A stretch of 64,000 nucleotides of DNA. Origin: an uncultured cyanobacterium. GTDB taxonomy: Bacteria; Cyanobacteriota; Cyanobacteriia; Cyanobacteriales; CAWCAG01. A program made the translations under genes and the position numbers. The stretch is taken from the NCBI GenBank assembly GCA_963793425.1, contig CAWCAG010000005.1, positions 640,001-704,000 of the forward strand, read 5' to 3'. The notes under the pieces are model-generated. The model was not told the origin of the DNA and ran no database searches. It was given only the letters and a program-made list of their open reading frames with translations. How positions within the stretch are numbered: position 1 is the stretch's first letter; each line of letters begins with the position of its first letter. This document shows positions 41,459-52,505 of the stretch, piece by piece.

Positions 41459-42373
41459 ATGGTAAAACCAGTTGGTACAACTTCCAATAGCTATGGAAAA
41501 AGTCAGCAAGTTGAAGATGATTTTGGGCTGAAGAAACTGCTGTCTCATTTACGCAGCCACACTGATACAGAATCAATTAATGTTGAAGAACAAGAGCTTA
41601 AAAGCTTGGCAAAGATGATCATTGAAGGCTTAGCTAAAAGTCTTGATAGTAAGCAAGTTGCTAGTTATCTTAATGCCTTGCGCCATGGCCATAGCAAACC
41701 CTGCCAAGATAGCCTTAATTTAGAAATTCCTGCCTCTACAACCAAAGCTATAGATAACTTTCCTGCTAATACAAAACCTCGCTATCAAGAAGGGGATCGC
41801 GTCAGATGGCAATCTCCAGGTAATAGCTCTGATTGGGGGGTGATAATTGGTCACTTTTATGCCTATGCTAAACACAATTATCAGTGGGGAATTTGTTACC
41901 TTGTGTGGTTAGATGTTAATTCTCCTAGCGCTGATTGGATAGTTGCAGATACAGCTTGGGAAGAAGATTTGGTGCTGATTGTTTCTCAAGATTTAAAAGA
42001 TTCTTTGCCTAATTTAATCAATAAACGCCAATCTCTTCATGCACCCCCAGGAAGTTATAAATCTGACAATCCTCATCAACCAACTACGCGCCAACTATCC
42101 CAACGAGAGCAAGAATTAGTGCAATTGTATAGCGAATGTCAACTAGCCATGACACCCAAACATTTTTATCATAAATGGCAAGTTAGCCACGATATCTTAG
42201 CGATGGTTTGCTCTCGTTCTACTTCTACCGTTCGCCACTGGTTTTCTAAGGGGAAAAGCTATCGTCGCCCCAACAAAGATGATTTACGCAATCTGGCTTT
42301 GATGGATTTTGTATTAGAGCATTTTGAGAGTATTCCTGCTGAGGTGTTTAGTTTCCTTTGCGCCCCTAAGTAG
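41459..42373 (+). CDS. Hypothetical protein with C-terminal HTH-like domain
   Basis: Central Trp-rich beta domain (YQEGDRVRW..WGVIIG..YLVWLD..AWEEDL); C-terminal LAMVCSRSTSTVRHWF HTH pattern. Confidence 0.75.
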   Translation: MVKPVGTTSNSYGKSQQVEDDFGLKKLLSHLRSHTDTESINVEEQELKSLAKMIIEGLAKSLDSKQVASYLNALRHGHSKPCQDSLNLEIPASTTKAIDNFPANTKPRYQEGDRVRWQSPGNSSDWGVIIGHFYAYAKHNYQWGICYLVWLDVNSPSADWIVADTAWEEDLVLIVSQDLKDSLPNLINKRQSLHAPPGSYKSDNPHQPTTRQLSQREQELVQLYSECQLAMTPKHFYHKWQVSHDILAMVCSRSTSTVRHWFSKGKSYRRPNKDDLRNLALMDFVLEHFESIPAEVFSFLCAPK

Positions 42374-42399
42374 CAAAATGCCTATACCATGAAGAGGTA

Positions 42400-42432
42400 A
42401 AAAAAGACATGTCAGATGGGCATGTCTTTTTT
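42400..42432. terminator. Bidirectional terminator-like hairpin
   Basis: AAAAAAGACATGTC..GGCATGTCTTTTTT. Confidence 0.6.
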
Positions 42433-42481
42433 CTTTTTTTTCTATTAAGGTGGCTAAAGTTCAATTCATTTACTAATTAAA

Positions 42482-42703
42482 ATGACCTATTTTGAACAGC
42501 TTTACCCTTGGTGCATTATCAAACCCGTAGCCGATGTGCAGTGGCGAGTACTCGCTCGTTTTCGTCGTCGTAATGATGCAGAAGCACACCTACAAGTGTT
42601 GCGGCGATTAATTCCTGATGTTAGCTACCAGATTATTTTCGATGTGAAGCTAGAGAAAGAAGAAAATCACCCAGAGCAACCCAAAATTCTGGAAAAAGTT
42701 TAA
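42482..42703 (+). CDS. Small conserved cyanobacterial hypothetical protein
   Basis: MTY..QLYPWCII...ARFRRRNDAEAHLQVLRRL..YQIIFD. Confidence 0.75.
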   Translation: MTYFEQLYPWCIIKPVADVQWRVLARFRRRNDAEAHLQVLRRLIPDVSYQIIFDVKLEKEENHPEQPKILEKV

Positions 42704-43006
42704 ATAATAACTACACCATCATCGTTTGCTCACTTTTGAATTATAGCCTCTGCCTTTGCTTGAATATCCCTTGTTATGAACTGGTACGTGTGTTTCCCAA
42801 AAAATAAGGCGAGGCTAATTTTTTTTCTTTACATTTGGTTATGATAAATTTCTGCTTTCTGACTTTCAGGGGAACTGGAAGACTAGTAAACAAGCTACAA
42901 GATGTCGCTTTTTTCTGTACATCACTTTCTTATCCCCTACTTCCCAAAATTTCTCTGATCGGGATGCTTTAGAGGCGATAATTGAAGATGTTATTAGTCA
43001 TCAAAA

Positions 43007-44008
43007 GTGATGAAACATCTTAGTTATAAATTTCTTGCTAGCTTTAGTGTTGTTGCCGCTATTTGTGGTGTAACCTTAGCTGCCTCCGCCCAAACACTGC
43101 CAGTTAGTGTTGCGGTTGCCCCTAGAAATGCAGAAGATTTATTTTATCAAGGCATTGAAAAGTATCAACAGGGCAACTATCAAGGGGCTATTGAAGATTT
43201 TAATCAAGTACTTGAGCTTAATCCTAACCACTACCCAACTTACTACAATCGGGGGTATATCCGTTATAGTCTTAGGGATTATCGCGGGGCAATAGAAGAT
43301 TATAATCTGGCTCTAAAAATTAATCCTGACTTTACTGAAGCATATAATAATCGCGGTTTAGCCCGACGCAAATTACGAGATTATCAAGGGGCAATAGAAG
43401 ATTATAACCGCGCTTTACGTCTTAATAGTAATTATGCCCAAGCCTACGTTAATCGAGGCTACGCCCGTTATCTTTCCGGGCAATACCAAGAGGCGATCGC
43501 CGATTTTAATCAGGGTTTAAAAATAGATCCTAATTTCCCTGAAGCGTACAGTAATAGAGGTTTGGCACTACGCCAATTAGGAAAATACTCTGAAGCAATA
43601 GAAGATTATAATCGCGCTTTACAACTTAATAGTAATTATGCTCAAGCCTATGTTAATCGTGGGGTAGCTTACTTTTATTTAAAAAAAGATTCTCAAGCCC
43701 TAGAAGATTATAATCGCGCCTTGAGTATAGATCCTAACAGCGATGAAGCTTACCTCAATCGGGGAGTAGTGCGCCGTCAAAGGGGAGATACCCAAGGTGC
43801 GATCACCGATTATAGTCAAGCAATTAGACTCAACTCTCAGTATACAGAAGCCTATCTGAATAGAGGCATTGCTCGTTATTATTTAGGGGATACTAAAGGT
43901 GCAATTGAAGATACGAAAAAGGCTGCTTCTTTAGCACAACAACAAGGTTATACCAGCGCCTATCAACGGGCGCAAAAACACTTGCAGGTGTTTAGAAATA
44001 GCCAGTAA
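43007..44008 (+). CDS. Exported TPR-repeat protein
   Basis: Signal peptide plus about 8 34-aa TPRs (AYxNRG...GAIEDYNxAL). Confidence 0.93.
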   Translation: MMKHLSYKFLASFSVVAAICGVTLAASAQTLPVSVAVAPRNAEDLFYQGIEKYQQGNYQGAIEDFNQVLELNPNHYPTYYNRGYIRYSLRDYRGAIEDYNLALKINPDFTEAYNNRGLARRKLRDYQGAIEDYNRALRLNSNYAQAYVNRGYARYLSGQYQEAIADFNQGLKIDPNFPEAYSNRGLALRQLGKYSEAIEDYNRALQLNSNYAQAYVNRGVAYFYLKKDSQALEDYNRALSIDPNSDEAYLNRGVVRRQRGDTQGAITDYSQAIRLNSQYTEAYLNRGIARYYLGDTKGAIEDTKKAASLAQQQGYTSAYQRAQKHLQVFRNSQ

Positions 44009-44035
44009 TAGTTAATATTAATTAAAGTCTAGCCT

Positions 44036-44785
44036 TCAAACCTTGCCAAAACGCCGGTTACGATTTTGATAAGCTAACAAAGCCTTATGAAATTCTACCC
44101 GATTAAAATCTGGCCACAAGGTTGAAGTTACATAAATCTCCGCATAAGCCATTTGCCATAGCAGGAAATTACTCAAACGCATTTCCCCACTGGTACGAAT
44201 CAACAAATCAGGATGAGAAAGTTGTGCCGTATAGAGGCTTTTCTCAAACACCTCCTCATCAATCTCTTCCACTGTGAGAATACCTTGTTGAACTTGAGAA
44301 GCGATTTCTCGACAAGCTTGGAGAATTTCTTGCCTGCCTCCATAATTAGTCGCCACCGTAAATTGGATACCTTGGTTATTTTTGGTATCTTCCATCGATC
44401 GAAAAATCTCGTCTTGTAGGGAGTCCGGTAGGGCGCTTAAGTTGCCAATAAAACGAATTCTGACATCTTCTGTCATCATCTCTGCCAATTCTCGTCGCAA
44501 CACCCTTTCAAATAGGGTCATTAAGAAATCTACTTCTTCTAAAGGTCGGCCCCAATTTTCCGTAGAAAAAGCGTAGGCAGTTAAGGCAGGAATCCCCCAA
44601 TCTCGACAACAGCGCAGCAAATCTTTTAAAACATCTACACCCCTACGATGACCCATAATTCTTGGTCGCCCCTTACCCTTTGCCCAGCGGCCATTGCCAT
44701 CCATAATTGCTGCCACATGGCGAGGCAAACGATTTTGATCTAAATCTGGGGGTAACTGTTCTAACACACTTGGCTTGGCAGTCAT
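44036..44785 (-). CDS. uppS: Isoprenyl transferase (undecaprenyl diphosphate synthase)
   Basis: [37 protein letters not shown]. Confidence 0.96.
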   Translation of the reverse strand: MTAKPSVLEQLPPDLDQNRLPRHVAAIMDGNGRWAKGKGRPRIMGHRRGVDVLKDLLRCCRDWGIPALTAYAFSTENWGRPLEEVDFLMTLFERVLRRELAEMMTEDVRIRFIGNLSALPDSLQDEIFRSMEDTKNNQGIQFTVATNYGGRQEILQACREIASQVQQGILTVEEIDEEVFEKSLYTAQLSHPDLLIRTSGEMRLSNFLLWQMAYAEIYVTSTLWPDFNRVEFHKALLAYQNRNRRFGKV

Positions 44786-45702
44786 TTCTTCTTTTTGAAG
44801 GTTGATGACGGAAAACGAAGGATACGCTCTAGTAACGCTAGTCCTTGGGAACCTAAAAGGCGACCCAAACGACCTAAACCAGGGGCCACAGCCTCTCGGT
44901 CAACCACAGGAGAGAACCTTGCTTCCAATAGCTCTTTTAGTTTACTGCTAGTCAACGGTCGGTTTAAGTTTCTCTTTTCAGCTAAAGATATAGAACCAGT
45001 TTCTTCTGATACAACTATACATAAACATTTTTCCACCCTTTCGGTAATCCCCATAGCTGCCCGATGGCGAGTACCTAATTGTCGTGAAGCTATACGTTCA
45101 GACAAAGGCAAAATCACCCCAGCCGCAGCAATACGAGAACCACGAACTAATACAGCCCCGTCGTGGAGTAAAGTTGAGGTTTGGAAAATAGTTTGCAATA
45201 ATTCCTTAGAAATTTCCGCATTGATAACAACTCCAGGAACCGAGAAATCTCGTTCGTCAATAGGAGTTCCTGTTTCCATGATAATTAGAGCGCCAGTACG
45301 ATTTTGAGATAATTGTTTAACCGCATCAACAATTTCATTAATGACATTATCAGGATCTGGTAACAAGCGGCGGGTGGGTTTTTGCCATAATTGCTTGATC
45401 TCTCCCCGCCCTAAGCGTTCTAAAAATTGACGAAACTCTGACTGGAAAATAACAGCCATAGCAACAGAAGAACCGACCACGAGTTTTTCTAGCAAAAAAC
45501 TCAACAATTCTAGGTTAAGTCTATTGCTTATAACCGCAGCTAGCATGAGAATAATTAATCCTCTGACCATCCATAGGGTACGACGCTCTCCAATAATTAG
45601 GAGAACGAGATAGGTAAGAGCGAGAACCAATCCAATATCCAGGCTATGAACTAACCAAGATTGAATTTCCCGGAGGTCAGGAAGTGAACCCGACAAAGGC
45701 AT
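44782..45702 (-). CDS. cdaA: Diadenylate cyclase
   Basis: 3 N-terminal TM helices, LHDGA, GTRHRAA, VSEETG. Confidence 0.95.
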   Translation of the reverse strand: MPLSGSLPDLREIQSWLVHSLDIGLVLALTYLVLLIIGERRTLWMVRGLIILMLAAVISNRLNLELLSFLLEKLVVGSSVAMAVIFQSEFRQFLERLGRGEIKQLWQKPTRRLLPDPDNVINEIVDAVKQLSQNRTGALIIMETGTPIDERDFSVPGVVINAEISKELLQTIFQTSTLLHDGAVLVRGSRIAAAGVILPLSERIASRQLGTRHRAAMGITERVEKCLCIVVSEETGSISLAEKRNLNRPLTSSKLKELLEARFSPVVDREAVAPGLGRLGRLLGSQGLALLERILRFPSSTFKKKK

Positions 45703-45742
45703 TACTTATACTTAAAGTGAAATAATGCTTGTACTTACTCAA

Positions 45743-47185
45743 TCAGTGGCGATCAAGTAACTTGTTTTGAACAAGTCTTTCTGGCAAACAATCTTGCTTA
45801 ATTAAATCTTGATAGGTTTCCCTTTGAATAATTAAGTTAGCTTCCCCTTTATACACTAAAACAGTAGCTGGGCGGGGTAAGCGATTGTAGTTAGAGGCCA
45901 TACTATAGTTATAAGCTCCAGTAGCCAAAACTGCGAGAATATCCCTCGGTTCTAGTTTCGGAAGAAGTATATCTTTGATGACAATATCCCCTGATTCGCA
46001 ATGCTTTCCGGCAATTGTAACAGTTTCTTGGAAAACTGCCGACATTCGGTTAGCCACAACGGCCCGATAATCTGATTGATAGGTTATAGGACGAGGATTA
46101 TCTGACATACCACCGTCTACAGAAACATAGGTTCTCATGCCTGGTATTTCTTTACGACTGCCGACCCGATAAGCGGTGATGCAAGCTGAACCGATCAGCG
46201 ATCGCCCTGGTTCAACAATCAGCTTGGGTAGGGGGATTTGTTTACTTTGGCAAGCTTTTTCCATGGCTTGGCAGGCAGCTTTGACCCATTCATCAATACT
46301 AGGGGGATCATCTGTTTCTGTGTAGCGAATACCTAAACCACCACCGATATTTAATTCTTTGATGGCTAAGCCATATTCTTCTGCTTTCTCTAGCCATTCT
46401 ACTAAAACCCCAGCTAAATCTTGATGGGGTTGGCTCTCAAAAATTTGAGAACCGATATGGGCATGAAGACCGACACAGTTTAGAGTAGGCTGTTCTTTGA
46501 GGAAGCTAAAAACTTTAGGTAGCTGATGAGGATCGAAGCCAAATTTACTATCAAGATGACCTGTACGGATATATTCGTGAGTATGGCACTCAATGCCAGG
46601 AGTGATACGAACCATAACCCGGAGGGGTTTGCTCAATATTCCGGAGAGAGAATATTCTTTCGTCATTTCAGCCAACATCTCTAACTCAAGCCAGTTATCA
46701 ATAATCACGCTACAGCGATTATCAATGGCGAGTTGTAATTCTGCGGCTGATTTATTGTTACCGTGGAAATAAATTTTTTCTGGACTAACCTCAGCTTGTA
46801 AAGCCGTATAAAGTTCTCCCCCAGAAACTACATCTAAGCCTAGTCCTTCGCTATCGACGATGGCACAAATTGCTAAACAACTCCAAGCTTTGGAAGCATA
46901 AATAACTAAAGATTCTCCAGGGTAATATTTAGCCAGGGCATCTCGATATTGGCGACAAGAGGCTCTTAAGGTTTCTTCATCCAAAATATAAAGGGGGGAG
47001 CGAAATTGTTCTACTAAGGTAGTTAAATCGCAACCACCAATTTCTAAACAATCTTTTTCATTAACTTTCGCAGTTAAAGGTAAAAGGCTCTGGTTAGGAG
47101 AAATAGGCTTGTCTACATCCCTATCTCTATGGTGAGGTAGATACTGATGTCCTGTTGATTCTAATTGGGGTTGGGTGGATAACAT
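45743..47185 (-). CDS. lysA: Diaminopimelate decarboxylase
   Basis: YASKA, SKFG, HIGSQ, EPGRS, HCESGD, GAYNYSMASNYN. Confidence 0.97.
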   Translation of the reverse strand: MLSTQPQLESTGHQYLPHHRDRDVDKPISPNQSLLPLTAKVNEKDCLEIGGCDLTTLVEQFRSPLYILDEETLRASCRQYRDALAKYYPGESLVIYASKAWSCLAICAIVDSEGLGLDVVSGGELYTALQAEVSPEKIYFHGNNKSAAELQLAIDNRCSVIIDNWLELEMLAEMTKEYSLSGILSKPLRVMVRITPGIECHTHEYIRTGHLDSKFGFDPHQLPKVFSFLKEQPTLNCVGLHAHIGSQIFESQPHQDLAGVLVEWLEKAEEYGLAIKELNIGGGLGIRYTETDDPPSIDEWVKAACQAMEKACQSKQIPLPKLIVEPGRSLIGSACITAYRVGSRKEIPGMRTYVSVDGGMSDNPRPITYQSDYRAVVANRMSAVFQETVTIAGKHCESGDIVIKDILLPKLEPRDILAVLATGAYNYSMASNYNRLPRPATVLVYKGEANLIIQRETYQDLIKQDCLPERLVQNKLLDRH

Positions 47186-47293
47186 AGTTGTTGTTATTTT
47201 TTGAGTCGCTTTGCTCTGGTGAGCAGAGAGTAGGGAAGAGGGAGTAAAAACCCCACAGATGCCCTTGTTTTTTAAGTGTACAATTTCCAGGCT

Positions 47294-47866
47294 ATGACTT
47301 TATCAGAACTTGTTCTTGAACCTCTCAAACCAGAACAGCTTTCTTTAGCTGTGGAATTAGATAAGTTATGTTTGGGAGGGCTTTGGAGCTTAGAAGGATA
47401 TCAAAGAGAATTAGTTAGTCCTAATAGTCAATTTTTGGTGATATCAAGAAATTCTGCCACGGCTTCCCAGCAAAACTTAATTGGTTTAGGTTGCTTTTGG
47501 GCCATTTTAGAAGAAGCTCATATTACTCTTTTAGCTGTTCATCCTGATTACCAAAGTCAGGGACTGGGACAATTATTATTAATTAATTTACTAAAACAAG
47601 CTCGATTTCGTAACCTAGAGCGGGCAACTTTGGAAGTGCGCGAAACCAATCAAGCAGCTTTATCTATCTATCAAAAGTTTGGTTTTCAAATAGCCGGAAA
47701 ACGCCGAGGATATTATCAAAAAACCAACGAGGATGCCTTGATACTGTGGCTTAATCATTTGCAAACAGAAGAATTTGCCCGGAAATTGGCTATTTTGTCG
47801 CAAAAAAACCATCAGTGCTTAGTTTTCTCTGGCTGGGAAATAAGAGCGATCCCCACCTCAGTTTAG
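47294..47866 (+). CDS. rimI: Ribosomal-protein-alanine N-acetyltransferase
   Basis: EEAHITLLAVHP..QGLG, LEVR..N..A, RRGYY...EDALI. Confidence 0.9.
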   Translation: MTLSELVLEPLKPEQLSLAVELDKLCLGGLWSLEGYQRELVSPNSQFLVISRNSATASQQNLIGLGCFWAILEEAHITLLAVHPDYQSQGLGQLLLINLLKQARFRNLERATLEVRETNQAALSIYQKFGFQIAGKRRGYYQKTNEDALILWLNHLQTEEFARKLAILSQKNHQCLVFSGWEIRAIPTSV

Positions 47867-47960
47867 CTTAGCTGAATTTAAGCCACAGCAAGAAATTTGC
47901 CCTATGCTAGAATCAGCTTACAAGGGCAAGCAACAAAGCAACAGGTGATGGGAAAAGATC

Positions 47961-50432
47961 ATGTTTGAACGCTTCACAGAAAAAGCCATTAAGGTGATCA
48001 TGTTGGCTCAGGAAGAGGCACGTCGCCTGGGGCATAATTTTGTAGGTACTGAGCAGATTCTCTTGGGTCTGATTGGTGAAGGAACAGGGGTCGCCGCAAA
48101 AGTGCTGAAATCCATGGGTGTCAATCTCAAAGATGCTCGGATTGAAGTAGAAAAAATTATCGGCCGCGGCTCTGGCTTTGTAGCAGTAGAAATTCCTTTT
48201 ACTCCCAGAGCAAAGCGAGTTCTAGAATTATCTCTAGAAGAAGCTCGTCAACTCGGACACAACTACATTGGCACAGAACACTTACTCCTTGGCTTAATTC
48301 GAGAAGGAGAAGGTGTTGCAGCTAGAGTGCTGGAGAATTTGGGAGTAGACCTATCAAAAGTACGCACCCAGGTGATCCGGATGCTGGGAGAAACAGCAGA
48401 AGTGCCTGCCGGGGGAAGTCAAGGTAGAACAAAAACACCGACTCTCGATGAGTTTGGCTCTAACTTGACCAACTTAGCAGCAGAAGGAAAACTCGACCCC
48501 GTAGTAGGTCGCCAAAAAGAAATTGAAAGGGTAATTCAAATTCTGGGACGGCGTACCAAAAATAACCCGGTTTTAATTGGGGAGCCAGGGGTGGGCAAAA
48601 CAGCGATCGCCGAGGGTTTGGCCCAGCGCATTGCTAATAATGATATTCCTGATATTCTCGAAGAAAAACGAGTTGTTACTCTTGATATCGGTTTATTGGT
48701 GGCTGGAACCAAGTACCGAGGAGAGTTTGAAGAGCGACTCAAAAAAATTATGGATGAAATTCGTCAGGCGGGGAATGTTATTCTCGTAATTGACGAAGTA
48801 CATACCCTCATTGGTGCGGGGGCCGCAGAAGGAGCAATCGATGCTGCCAATATCCTCAAACCAGCTTTAGCGAGGGGAGAATTGCAATGTATCGGTGCGA
48901 CAACCCTGGATGAATATCGTAAACATATTGAAAGGGATGCAGCCTTAGAACGTCGTTTCCAACCAGTTATGGTGGGGGAACCTAGCGTAGAAGAAACCAT
49001 CGAAATTCTCTACGGTTTGCGCGAGCGCTACGAACAACACCATAAGTTAAAGATTCTTGATGAAGCTTTGGATGCTGCAGCCAAACTTTCTGACCGCTAT
49101 ATTTCTGACCGTTACTTACCAGATAAGGCCATTGACTTAGTTGATGAGGCTGGTTCAAGGGTAAGACTTATCAACTCCCAACTGCCCCCCGCAGCCAAGG
49201 AGTTAGATAAGGAAATGCGTCAGATCCTCAAACAAAAAGATGATGCTGTACGGGCCCAAGACTTTGACAAAGCTGGGGAACTGCGGGATCGCGAAATGGA
49301 AATTAAAGCAGAAATTCGGGCGATCGCTTCGGCGAAAAAAGGTGAAGGTGAAGGAGAAGATGCCAATCAAGTGGTAGATGCAGAGGAAATTGCTCACATC
49401 GTTGCCTCTTGGACAGGGGTTCCAGTCAACAAGCTCACGGAATCTGAGTCTGAGAAACTGCTCCATATGGAAGACACCCTCCACCAACGCTTAATCGGGC
49501 AAGAAGAGGCGGTGAGGGCTGTTTCTCGTGCTATTCGCCGAGCTAGGGTTGGTTTAAAAAATCCTAATCGACCTATTGCTAGTTTTGTTTTCTCCGGTCC
49601 TACTGGGGTTGGTAAAACTGAATTGGCTAAATCTTTGGCAGCTTACTTCTTTGGCTCTGAAGATGCCATGATTCGCCTGGATATGTCGGAATTTATGGAG
49701 CGCCATACAGTTTCTAAACTAATTGGCTCTCCTCCGGGATATGTGGGTTACAACGAAGGGGGACAATTAACCGAAGCAGTACGCCGTCGTCCTTATACCG
49801 TGGTGCTATTCGATGAAATCGAAAAAGCTCACCCCGATGTCTTTAATATGCTGCTACAAATCTTGGAAGATGGTCGCCTAACTGACGCGAAGGGTCGTAC
49901 CGTAGATTTCAAGAATACCCTACTGATCATGACCTCTAATATCGGTTCTAAGGTTATTGAAAAAGGTGGCGGTGGTTTAGGTTTCGAGTTCAGCGATGAT
50001 TTGGCTGAATCTCAGTATAACCGCATTCGTTCTTTGGTTAACGAAGAACTGAAACAGTACTTCCGTCCTGAATTCCTTAACCGTCTTGATGAGATTATTG
50101 TCTTCCGTCAACTTAATAAAGAAGAGGTCAAGGAGATCGCCGAAATCTTACTTAAGGAAGTCTTTGGAAGGCTTACGGAGCAAGAAATTACTCTGGAAGT
50201 AAGCAATCGCTTTAAAGAGCGTTTAGTAGAAGAAGGTTACAATCCTGCCTATGGTGCTAGGCCTTTACGTCGCGCCATTATGCGTCTTTTAGAAGATGTC
50301 TTAGCAGAAGAAATCCTTTCTGCTCGCATTGGCGCAGGAGATACTGCCTACGTTGATGTTGATGATGATGGCAAGGTGAAAGTAACTGCTAGCGAAACTA
50401 AGCGAGATTTAATAGCTCAAGGTGCTGAGTAA
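47961..50432 (+). CDS. clpC: ATP-dependent Clp protease ATPase subunit ClpC
   Basis: [25 protein letters not shown], two AAA+ modules ([16 protein letters not shown]), UVR domain. Confidence 0.98.
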   Translation: MFERFTEKAIKVIMLAQEEARRLGHNFVGTEQILLGLIGEGTGVAAKVLKSMGVNLKDARIEVEKIIGRGSGFVAVEIPFTPRAKRVLELSLEEARQLGHNYIGTEHLLLGLIREGEGVAARVLENLGVDLSKVRTQVIRMLGETAEVPAGGSQGRTKTPTLDEFGSNLTNLAAEGKLDPVVGRQKEIERVIQILGRRTKNNPVLIGEPGVGKTAIAEGLAQRIANNDIPDILEEKRVVTLDIGLLVAGTKYRGEFEERLKKIMDEIRQAGNVILVIDEVHTLIGAGAAEGAIDAANILKPALARGELQCIGATTLDEYRKHIERDAALERRFQPVMVGEPSVEETIEILYGLRERYEQHHKLKILDEALDAAAKLSDRYISDRYLPDKAIDLVDEAGSRVRLINSQLPPAAKELDKEMRQILKQKDDAVRAQDFDKAGELRDREMEIKAEIRAIASAKKGEGEGEDANQVVDAEEIAHIVASWTGVPVNKLTESESEKLLHMEDTLHQRLIGQEEAVRAVSRAIRRARVGLKNPNRPIASFVFSGPTGVGKTELAKSLAAYFFGSEDAMIRLDMSEFMERHTVSKLIGSPPGYVGYNEGGQLTEAVRRRPYTVVLFDEIEKAHPDVFNMLLQILEDGRLTDAKGRTVDFKNTLLIMTSNIGSKVIEKGGGGLGFEFSDDLAESQYNRIRSLVNEELKQYFRPEFLNRLDEIIVFRQLNKEEVKEIAEILLKEVFGRLTEQEITLEVSNRFKERLVEEGYNPAYGARPLRRAIMRLLEDVLAEEILSARIGAGDTAYVDVDDDGKVKVTASETKRDLIAQGAE

Positions 50433-50461
50433 ACTTTTATTGACAGTATCTTAAAAATTGA

Positions 50462-50500
50462 GCGGTGGGTAAGCCAAAAATTTTCCCACCGTTTTTCTTT
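50462..50500 (+). terminator. clpC terminator
   Basis: GCGGTGGG...CCCACCGT followed by a T run. Confidence 0.65.
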
Positions 50501-50526
50501 TGTTGTCAAAACAAAAAGAGGATGTC

Positions 50527-50650
50527 ATACTAGACCCGGTTTACTAGCACAGGTTATTTGTGAGGGTAGGGAGTAGGGAGCAGGGAGCAAGGGTTGGAGA
50601 ACTTTATTCGGTCGATTTTATAGCGGGCCTATCATAACCGGATTTGGTAT
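50527..50650. repeat. MITE-like element with imperfect terminal inverted repeats and internal heptamers
   Basis: ATACTAGACCCGGTT / AACCGGATTTGGTAT (12/15), internal (G(T/C)AGGGA)n. Confidence 0.5.
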
Positions 50651-50772
50651 CATACCGAATCAAATAAAAACCGCCGCTGTGGTGAGGGCGGTTCATATAA
50701 GCAATCGGAGGGTTTTCTTAGCTTACAATGACGACTTTTTAGGGTTTGTAGCTTACTTTACTGATTCGACAG

Positions 50773-51735
50773 TTATTTATCGGAATAAGCTGCCATTGGC
50801 TCTTTAATAAAGCGGATATAGAAGTGTTTAAAGGTTGAACGCAGAATGCGAGGAAAACCAAAATCTATGGGCAACAGTGCTGCGGGGAGTTTCCAATCAG
50901 AGACTTGCAAATCTACGGGGCGTTGGTGGGGGAAGTTAATCTCTGCTAACTCTGGACATAATCCTAAACGTTGAGAGGCTGCCACTGTAGGGACTAAAGC
51001 GGGTTCAACCTGAAGTAGTTCCACCAAAGCACGATCTAAGGCAAATACATCTGTAGATGCGCCGAGAATCCCTAATTGGCGAGGTTCTCCTCCACTGGGA
51101 CCATTGCCTTCATGACCAATGATACCATCAATAATGGTTAAATCTGGGCTAATTGCTCTAGCCGTTTCTACTAACATCTCTCCAAAACGGTTAGCATCTT
51201 TGCCCGCTTCCATATGCCACCAAGCTTTCATTTTACCGGGAACGCAACCAAAGAGATTTTTGACTGCCATTGTCATGGTGAGTTGAACGTGGGATTTAAC
51301 TTTAGGTAAATTAATCACTACATCTGCATTCATAGCTTCTTTGGAGAGACGGAGATGATTAAAGTTATCATTTTCGGTTGCATAACGCTGCCCATGAAAT
51401 TCCACGATAGGTAAGTTAAGTTGTTCCATCATGGGTAAATAGCCATTATTTTTTGCTACTCCCATCGCACTACCAAAAGCAGGGCTGTCCCCAAAAAAAG
51501 GTTCTCCCCCTACTTCTTTTACCAATTCTGCAACACAAGCAACAATTTCTAGGCGAGTGATAGATTCATTGCCAGGGCGGGCAGCAGTAAGTAAGTTTGG
51601 TTTAAGCAGTACGCGATCGCCTTTTTTAACGAAAGCAGCTATTCCTCCTAAAGGTTCGAGGAGTTTTTCTATGGAGTTACGTAGTGCTTGTTTTTGATAG
51701 GATTGGGCGGATATTAAACTAACGGTGGGTTGCAT
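50773..51735 (-). CDS. DUF362 domain protein
   Basis: GDRVLLKPNLL, INLPKVKSH, AVKNLFGC, GHEGNGP. Confidence 0.9.
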   Translation of the reverse strand: MQPTVSLISAQSYQKQALRNSIEKLLEPLGGIAAFVKKGDRVLLKPNLLTAARPGNESITRLEIVACVAELVKEVGGEPFFGDSPAFGSAMGVAKNNGYLPMMEQLNLPIVEFHGQRYATENDNFNHLRLSKEAMNADVVINLPKVKSHVQLTMTMAVKNLFGCVPGKMKAWWHMEAGKDANRFGEMLVETARAISPDLTIIDGIIGHEGNGPSGGEPRQLGILGASTDVFALDRALVELLQVEPALVPTVAASQRLGLCPELAEINFPHQRPVDLQVSDWKLPAALLPIDFGFPRILRSTFKHFYIRFIKEPMAAYSDK

Positions 51736-51852
51736 AGGAAGATTTAACAACTATAAATTGTCTTTAACATAAACTAGGTTATGTCATTTATCATTGATCA
51801 TTAAACATTAAACATTTTATTTCTTGCATCCTTGGCATGGGGGAATAATATT

Positions 51853-52458
51853 ATGACAACAACCTTACTTATTCAAACTGAAACCACTCCTTTGACTGTC
51901 TTTGTACCGGCGATCGCTCCCATGACTCGCGATCAGTTTTATGGCTTTTGCCAAGCTAACCGCGACCTACGTATTGAACTAACTGCTACTGGAGAAGTTA
52001 TCATTATGCCACCTGCTTTTTCAGACACCGGAAACCGCAATTTTAATATTGCCCTCAAGCTCGGTATTTGGTCTGAGAAGGATGGTACAGGGCTGGGTTT
52101 TGACTCCAGTGCAGGGTTTACCCTCCCCAATGGAGCAGTACATTCCCCTGATGCTGCTTGGATTAAGTCCCAAAGGTGGAATGCCCTTACTGAGGAAGAA
52201 AAGGCCTCTTTTGCACCCATTTGTCCAGATTTTGTTATTGAGTTACGTTCTGCTAGCGATACATTAAGCAGCCTTAAAGCTAAGATGCAAGAATATATTG
52301 ATAATGGCGTATTACTAGGTTGGTTGATTGATCGCCGAAATCGCACTGTTTATATTTATCGCCCTAATCAAGATCCTCAAGTTTTAGAAAATCCAGATCA
52401 AGTTAGTGGTGAGCCAGAATTACTAGGTTTCAGCTTACCAATGGCGAAAATTTGGTGA
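51853..52458 (+). CDS. Uma2 family endonuclease
   Basis: FDSSAGFTLPNGA..SPDAAW, CPDFVIELRS, KMQEYIDNGV.LGWLID. Confidence 0.93.
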   Translation: MTTTLLIQTETTPLTVFVPAIAPMTRDQFYGFCQANRDLRIELTATGEVIIMPPAFSDTGNRNFNIALKLGIWSEKDGTGLGFDSSAGFTLPNGAVHSPDAAWIKSQRWNALTEEEKASFAPICPDFVIELRSASDTLSSLKAKMQEYIDNGVLLGWLIDRRNRTVYIYRPNQDPQVLENPDQVSGEPELLGFSLPMAKIW

Positions 52459-52505
52459 TATCAATGATGCCTAACGGCAACGGCAAGCCGAACATTTATC
52501 ATTTA

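Noticed and set aside
44036..47185. c-di-AMP cyclase embedded between lysA and uppS as a novelty
   Set aside because: This is a known conserved cyanobacterial arrangement
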